44,647 bases of DNA from Deltaproteobacteria bacterium. GTDB lineage: Bacteria; Desulfobacterota; Desulfarculia; Adiutricales; JAFDHD01. Position 1 is the first letter of the stretch, and every line of letters starts with the position of its first letter. The stretch lies in contig JAFDLS010000016.1 in assembly GCA_019306365.1 (NCBI GenBank), positions 1 to 44,647 on the forward strand, given 5' to 3'. The notes beneath the pieces were generated by a model. The model saw nothing but the letters and a program-made list of their open reading frames with translations. It had not been told where the DNA came from and searched no databases. Below are positions 41,700 to 44,647 of this stretch, one piece after another. The translations under genes were made by a program, and so were the position numbers.

Positions 41700-42806
41700 T
41701 CAGCGGCCAAGCAGGTCCCGGTAGACTTGTTCCGTTTTATTAATCGTTACTTCGAGTGTCCCGGTGCTAAGGACCTTTTCCCGGGCCGCTCGCGACATGG
41801 CTCTCGCTTTTTCAGGGCTCCGGTAAATGGCCAAAATCGCCTCCTTAAGAGCCTCGGGATCTCTTGGCGGCACGAGAAATCCGGTGCGATTATGTTCGAC
41901 CGCCTCGGTGAGCCCGCCAGCAGCCGCCGCGACAACGGGGATCCCAACCAGCATGGCTTGAAGTATAACCTGCGGGAGACCTTCGCCAACGGCGGGCAGG
42001 ATGAACTGGTTCATAACCGCCAGCAGTTGCGGCGTATCCTCTCGAAACCCGGTAAAAATCACCTTGTCCATGACATTAAGCCGCCGGGCGTGCCCCTCCA
42101 CATACCCTGTGGATGGACCGTCCCCCACCACCAGCACTTTGACGTTCGGGATCTCGTCTCCCAAAAGCTTCACCGCCTCAAACAGAAACTCATGGCCCTT
42201 GTTGCCGCGAATAATGGCAATGATTCCAAGAATATAATCATCTTTCGACAGATTGAATTCGCCGCGTACCGGCCCCGGGTCTATCCCGGGCTGGAATCGG
42301 TTGGCGTCCACCCCGCTGGGAATGGAAATGATTTTGTCTGGATTGTATCCGTTCACCCGCACCATATTGTCTTTTATGGCCTGACCGCTGGTTATGACCC
42401 GGTCAGCCAGCCGCATGTAGAGCAGTTTTGAAAAAAATGAACCCCTGATCTCAGCCCCGATATGGCGGCTCCGAATCACCGGTATCCCTACGATGCGGGC
42501 CGCGAGCGAAGCCGTCCAGCTGTCAATGGAGCTGTGCGTTTGAACCAGGTTCACCCGATTCTTTTTCAAGTAGCGGGCCAGGGGAATGATGGTCGTTACA
42601 TCCAGAGGGGCTAAGAAGGGAAACGTGACCACGGGAACGCCTTTTAAAGAAGCGGCTTTCAGGATAGGGCTGTCTTGCTTGCAGGCCAGGGTGACATGAT
42701 GCCCTTTCTTCAAAAAGCCCTCGCAGTCAGACAGAATGCGGATTTCCTGTCCGCCCCAACCGCGTGACCATTCCGTATGCAGCAGAAGATTAAAAATCCA
42801 CGCCAC
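41700..42806 (-). CDS. Glycosyltransferase family 4 (GT-B), probably LPS/envelope modification
   Basis: HTEWSRGWGGQE, QTHSSIDSW, NKGHEFL, FTGFRED, EGLPQVILQAM (EX7E-like with Q), GGLTE. Confidence 0.92.
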   Translation of the reverse strand: MAWIFNLLLHTEWSRGWGGQEIRILSDCEGFLKKGHHVTLACKQDSPILKAASLKGVPVVTFPFLAPLDVTTIIPLARYLKKNRVNLVQTHSSIDSWTASLAARIVGIPVIRSRHIGAEIRGSFFSKLLYMRLADRVITSGQAIKDNMVRVNGYNPDKIISIPSGVDANRFQPGIDPGPVRGEFNLSKDDYILGIIAIIRGNKGHEFLFEAVKLLGDEIPNVKVLVVGDGPSTGYVEGHARRLNVMDKVIFTGFREDTPQLLAVMNQFILPAVGEGLPQVILQAMLVGIPVVAAAAGGLTEAVEHNRTGFLVPPRDPEALKEAILAIYRSPEKARAMSRAAREKVLSTGTLEVTINKTEQVYRDLLGR

Positions 42807-42823
42807 TCGCCCAATCCGCCCAT

Positions 42824-42852
42824 AAAAAAAAGCCCCGGAAACCCGGGGCTTT
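42824..42852 (-). terminator. Intrinsic terminator after the porin gene
   Basis: Minus strand AAAGCCCCGG-GTTT-CCGGGGCT followed by TTTTTTT. Confidence 0.8.
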
Positions 42853-42875
42853 GGTTCAGGTTAAGGTTAGAGGAA

Positions 42876-44231
42876 TTAGAACTCCAGTTTGATCTCACCA
42901 CTCAGGTGAAGGTGGTTATCCGCTGTTCCGCCGTTCAGGTCTTCCCAACCATCCAGAGGCATGAAATAACCGAAGTAAACTCCCACGGTTAAGCCCTTGG
43001 TGAGGTTGTAAGCAACGGCGAAGTCAACTTCATGACCCAGCGCGTCGTCTGTATTGCCGTCCGTAAAGTCAGCCATGATGTAACCGTAAGCCCCGTGAAT
43101 AATCAGCTTCTCGGTCAGGTTGTAATCGGCAAAGAAGTAAATGAAGTCAATACCGGTGGCGTCATCTACTCCGTTAAGGTTCCTGTCACCAGACGTGCTC
43201 CAACCTGTCGAAGTAGGAGTGGCGAACATTATGCCGTCGTAAATACCAAAGGCGGCGTAAAGAGGATTAAACCACCATCCGGTGCTGCTGTGAGTCGTGA
43301 TGTCATTGCTGTCATCCTGGCCATCCATGTGGGTGTACATGAAACCGGCCAGCAGGGGACCCGCTTTGTACTCAGCGGTGAAGTACCAATCCCAGGCGTC
43401 AATATCCTGATCAGCCACACCGGCAGTATACCATTCCCGGGTGCCAAGCCACTTGGAAACGTAACCGCCGATGGTCAGGGGGCCAAAATTCTGAAAACCG
43501 CCAACATTAATCTTGTACTCATTGTCCTTAAAAGGCGCACCTATGTTCTCATACCATTTCTTAATGTACCAACCCAGGTTTAACCAGACCTCACCGCTCT
43601 TCCAGTTGTAATGGAACTTGGCCCAGTGGAGATCATAGTCTTCATCTTGAGTCCCATTGGTAGCATCAAACTCCATGATCTTCTGGAAGAAGTACTTGGC
43701 GGTGAATTTTCCCCAGGTGTTCTGCCAGTAGAAACGGTCGTTGTAGCCCCTGTCTTCATGGTAGCGCTGCGCGTTGACTTTGGACTTCTGCATGCCGCCA
43801 ATTGAACCGGGCACGTCCACGCTTCGTCCGAAGTGGAAGTAACCGATGGGCTGTGCGTAATAAGTGATCAGGGCGCGGGTCCAACGAGCGTCGTTACGGA
43901 AAACACTGTCCTGCCCCGCGTTGTGATCGGTGTCCGTTGTATACAGCGCGCCATAGGGCCAGCCGGAGTTTCCCCACCTCTTTTGAAGACCTTCAAAGGT
44001 GGCTACAAAATTCGCGGCTCCGCCGGGCGAAATGCTGAAGTTTAGGACATAATACATGTCCAGGAAATGGGCAGAATTGGTTAGATCCTCATCCCCGGCT
44101 CCAGGGTTTGAAAGATAAAAAGCACGGCTTTTGGCAAGACCACTTACGTTAAAAGTGGTTTTGGCCGCGGCAGGCAATGTAAAAGCGACCACCAGCAAGA
44201 CGGCCAACGTGAAAAACAAAAATTTCTTCAT
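42876..44231 (-). CDS. Outer-membrane beta-barrel protein (porin-like)
   Basis: Signal peptide ending AAA, amphipathic aromatic-rich strands, LGHEVDFAVAY motif, C-terminal ...GEIKLEF (terminal Phe). Confidence 0.8.
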   Translation of the reverse strand: MKKFLFFTLAVLLVVAFTLPAAAKTTFNVSGLAKSRAFYLSNPGAGDEDLTNSAHFLDMYYVLNFSISPGGAANFVATFEGLQKRWGNSGWPYGALYTTDTDHNAGQDSVFRNDARWTRALITYYAQPIGYFHFGRSVDVPGSIGGMQKSKVNAQRYHEDRGYNDRFYWQNTWGKFTAKYFFQKIMEFDATNGTQDEDYDLHWAKFHYNWKSGEVWLNLGWYIKKWYENIGAPFKDNEYKINVGGFQNFGPLTIGGYVSKWLGTREWYTAGVADQDIDAWDWYFTAEYKAGPLLAGFMYTHMDGQDDSNDITTHSSTGWWFNPLYAAFGIYDGIMFATPTSTGWSTSGDRNLNGVDDATGIDFIYFFADYNLTEKLIIHGAYGYIMADFTDGNTDDALGHEVDFAVAYNLTKGLTVGVYFGYFMPLDGWEDLNGGTADNHLHLSGEIKLEF

Positions 44232-44390
44232 AAAATCAATTCCTCCAAAAATGCTGATTAATTAACCTAAAAAAAACCCAAAAAAATACATACCTTTCCT
44301 CATTTCTCAAGTTAACCCTTATGACCCTACCACCCCCTTTCTTTCCCATATATTCGGAAACACCGAACCTATATTTTGCCGACTGAAAAA

Positions 44391-44420
44391 AGAGTAACAT
44401 GATTATTGTAGGAAAGTCAA
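44391..44420 (-). promoter_or_regulatory. Putative sigma70 promoter for the porin
   Basis: Minus strand TTGACT (44420-44415), 18 nt spacer, TACTCT (44396-44391) preceded by TGt. Confidence 0.35.
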
Positions 44421-44647
44421 CGAAAAATTTCTGTCCCTTTCTTTAATGATGTCAAAAACTCTCCAACCCTTAAAAAAACCCGCGATCCCCAAAAAAACCT
44501 GCGGGCATGGCTCTCAAAAGCGCGGCGGCGGCATCACACTCAAATCTAGAGCGATTCCCATAAATATTTTCCTTTTGCCCCGGAGGTTTGACATAATGTT
44601 CAACAAAACCGAAAATGGCGATTGAGACGGGAACCCCTCGGATGTTT

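Overview
A mostly core-genome window from a Gram-negative bacterium; gene content and synteny suggest a deltaproteobacterium / Desulfobacterota lineage (inference). The left edge is the end of an integrative element (excisionase-like ORF plus tyrosine integrase) abutting the 3' end of tRNA-Leu(GAG). Minus-strand housekeeping blocks follow: pyrG-kdsA-kdsC-lptCAB-rpoN-hpf-ptsN-rapZ-PTS EIIA/EIIB-rimI-pgk-tpiA-secG-tRNA-Leu; rho-rpmE-DUF1385-prfA-prmC-murA; carD-rluD; and porin-GT4-DUF1844-degQ-ispE-tRNA-Gln-prs-rplY-pth-membrane pyrophosphatase. A plus-strand accessory operon (14.7-20.4 kb) encodes an exported membrane-anchored protein, a GT-C-like polytopic membrane protein with TPRs, a B12-binding radical SAM enzyme and a GT2, which looks like a lipid-carrier-based surface glycosylation system. 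The most notable observations are four. (1) A ~170-210 bp MITE family in which one structured hairpin cargo sits between two different sets of terminal inverted repeats with different target-site duplications. (2) At least four genes are broken, three apparently by internal deletions (PTS EIIC, GT-C/TPR, radical SAM) and one by a linker frameshift (DUF1844). (3) A switch-like structured 5' leader precedes the DUF1844-degQ-ispE block. (4) rho has a ~545-nt leader and is bracketed by inverted MITE copies. All family assignments come from motif recognition by eye; no searches were run.
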